A stretch of 62,957 nt of DNA, counting the filler, from Octopus bimaculoides (Eukaryota): assembly GCF_001194135.2 (NCBI RefSeq). It is 8 parts of 8 records of this genome, joined end to end, with 100 filler letters (N's around TTAATTAATTAA, not from the genome) between each part and the next. Parts side by side here need not be neighbours in the genome. Positions count along the whole stretch, not along the records: positions 60,989 to 62,957 come from NC_068983.1; 7 more parts are not named here. One strand, written 5' to 3'. The notes below the pieces were generated by a model. It saw nothing but the letters and a program-made list of their open reading frames with translations. It had not been told where the DNA came from and searched no databases. Of the stretch, positions 60,997-62,957 are shown one piece after another (positions within the stretch are counted from its first letter, which is position 1; each line of letters starts with the position of its first letter). Made by a program: the position numbers and the translations under genes.

Positions 60997-62279
60997 CATA
61001 TGTTAGAGAAAATAATGAAAACTTTAAAATTTGGATCAATTATTTCAATATGTTTTACAGTCCCTTTGGCTGTAATTAAATCTTAAATTGTACGTGTTAT
61101 CGACTCGTACACATTTTAATTTTTTCCCGAGGAATTCTGGTCCATTGTTAAGTGAAAACAGTCTGTATTTCTTGTAGTGATGATGGTGGTGCATATCGGC
61201 TTCTTAATATTTTTTAATGTGAAATGCACCATATATTATCTGAAATACAACATATATTAACTGAAATGCACCATATATTTTCACTATTGAGATCTGAGGA
61301 CATAAGATTTTCAACTTCACTATAATGTTCCTAGTGCCATTCATTAATATATTTAGCAGTTTCAATTGGTGCATTATCATCCCGAAAGTTTGCGTTTTCC
61401 TCCAGAATCATTTCAGCAACCAGGATTAATTTGATCGCATAAAATGCTCAAGTATACATGGCCATTAATTCTGCCATTAAGTGAAACCATTGGGTCAAAG
61501 GATTTCCAAGATATTCAACCCTAGATCATCACAGATCATCTTCCATGTTTAACATTTGGAAGAAACCAGTTTTGGTCAAATGCTTCTTTTCGCTGTCTCC
61601 ACACGTATACTCGGCTCATGGTAGGAAATAAAGTAAAGCATGACTCGTCCGAGGAAATAACCTTCTTCCACTGCTCTACGGACCAATTCCGTAGGATTTT
61701 ACTCCACTCTAAACGTTTGCAACGTTTGTTTTTCAAATAAGTGGTATTCCGTTTGCAGCGCTCTCGTGTAATCCAGCTTCGTGCAATTCGTTGATCAGTT
61801 TTAATGGAAATCGTCTTCTCACAAACGCCATTAAGGTCTGCTGTAATTTTGGGATCTGTAATTTTGTGGTACAATTAACCTAAGAATCCGACGTCTCCTA
61901 CCTGAAAGTTTTGGATTTCTTCCGGATTTTATTTCGATGAGGAGGTTAATCCGTTCTTTCTCTTGGGTTGTCAGTAATTTCGAGAAACTACTTCTTGATA
62001 CACCATGCGAATCGTCTGCTTTCGTTATGCTAGAACCTGCCATACTTGCAGCAACAACCTCGAGTCTTTCAAAGTCTGATAGATCTGGCGTTTTAATGAA
62101 CTTCATTTACATTTTAATCATAATATCTTAAAAGAAACTGCAATGTTCACATAACAAAAGAAGCAACTCTACTAATAAATCAAAACCATAAAATCATACA
62201 AGATTTTGACGGTTTTATAGATATAACAAAATTATAATGCTATGATGATAGGTTTTTCCATTAATTTGTCCAACCCCTG
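60997..62279 (-). mobile_element. Tc1-like transposon, near full length, frameshifted
   Basis: ta|CAGGGGTTGGACAAATTAATGG TIR at 62279 and a degenerate TIR at 60997; paired-like HTH DLSDFER..VV...AG.S, SGR.PKLS, W.KVISSDES and VKHG motifs. Confidence 0.88.
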
Positions 62280-62293
62280 TATATGTGTGTGTG

Positions 62294-62342
<49 letters not shown>

Positions 62343-62557
62343 ATGTGTATGTATACGTGTATGTTTATATATGTGTGTGTTATGAGTATATGTACCTCTA
62401 TATATATGTATTCATGTGTATATATATTTACATACAAGTATATACGCACATGTGTTTTTTTTTACATACAAGTTAATTTTTATATATAATCATGTATTTG
62501 CATAAATATACGTATATGTATGCATATATATTTGTACCTTTGTACTTGATTATATTC

Positions 62558-62598
<41 letters not shown>

Positions 62599-62665
62599 TT
62601 GAAAAAAAATGTAGTCAGAATTTGGGAATAACTTCTTTCATATATTTTATACATTCACACCTAAC

Positions 62666-62756
<91 letters not shown>

Positions 62757-62957
62757 GTATGTATGTTTGTATGTATGCTTATATGTGTATGTATATGCAT
62801 TTACGTGCACGAATATACTTATTTCTAATTATATACTTGTGTATATGTGAATATATATACATTTAAATATTTGTACATATCTATATGCGTATGTATATTT
62901 ACATATGTATATATTTATAAATATATCTATACACACACACACACACACACACACACA

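Overview
Eukaryotic, repeat-rich, gapped genomic DNA, most likely an octopus-type cephalopod. This is inferred from the tRNA-derived SINE families and microsatellite load, not from a search. Host genes, all on the + strand: three exons of a white/scarlet-like ABCG transporter nucleotide-binding domain (8771-12297); the first three coding exons of CFAP44/WDR52 (42422-53901); and a Thr/Ser-rich mucin-like exon (6611-7684) with a probable upstream exon. The rest is transposon debris: three SINE families, RTE, Dong/R4 and L1/Tx1 LINE fragments, Penelope-like remnants, Tc1/mariner and hAT elements, Helitron pieces, a solo LTR, microsatellites and assembly gaps (seven are 100-bp linkers containing TTAATTAATTAA). 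The most notable results from reading the sequence are: (1) several type I hammerhead-ribozyme-like motifs in Penelope-type repeats, one with a complete catalytic core at 33937-33998; (2) an ABCG fragment with no visible 5' or 3' exons; (3) a ~128-bp filler insertion that replaces the catalytic PD motif of a Dong/R4 endonuclease; (4) several fold-back structures. I cannot support a wholly new biological system. All assignments are by eye and need database and RNA-seq confirmation.
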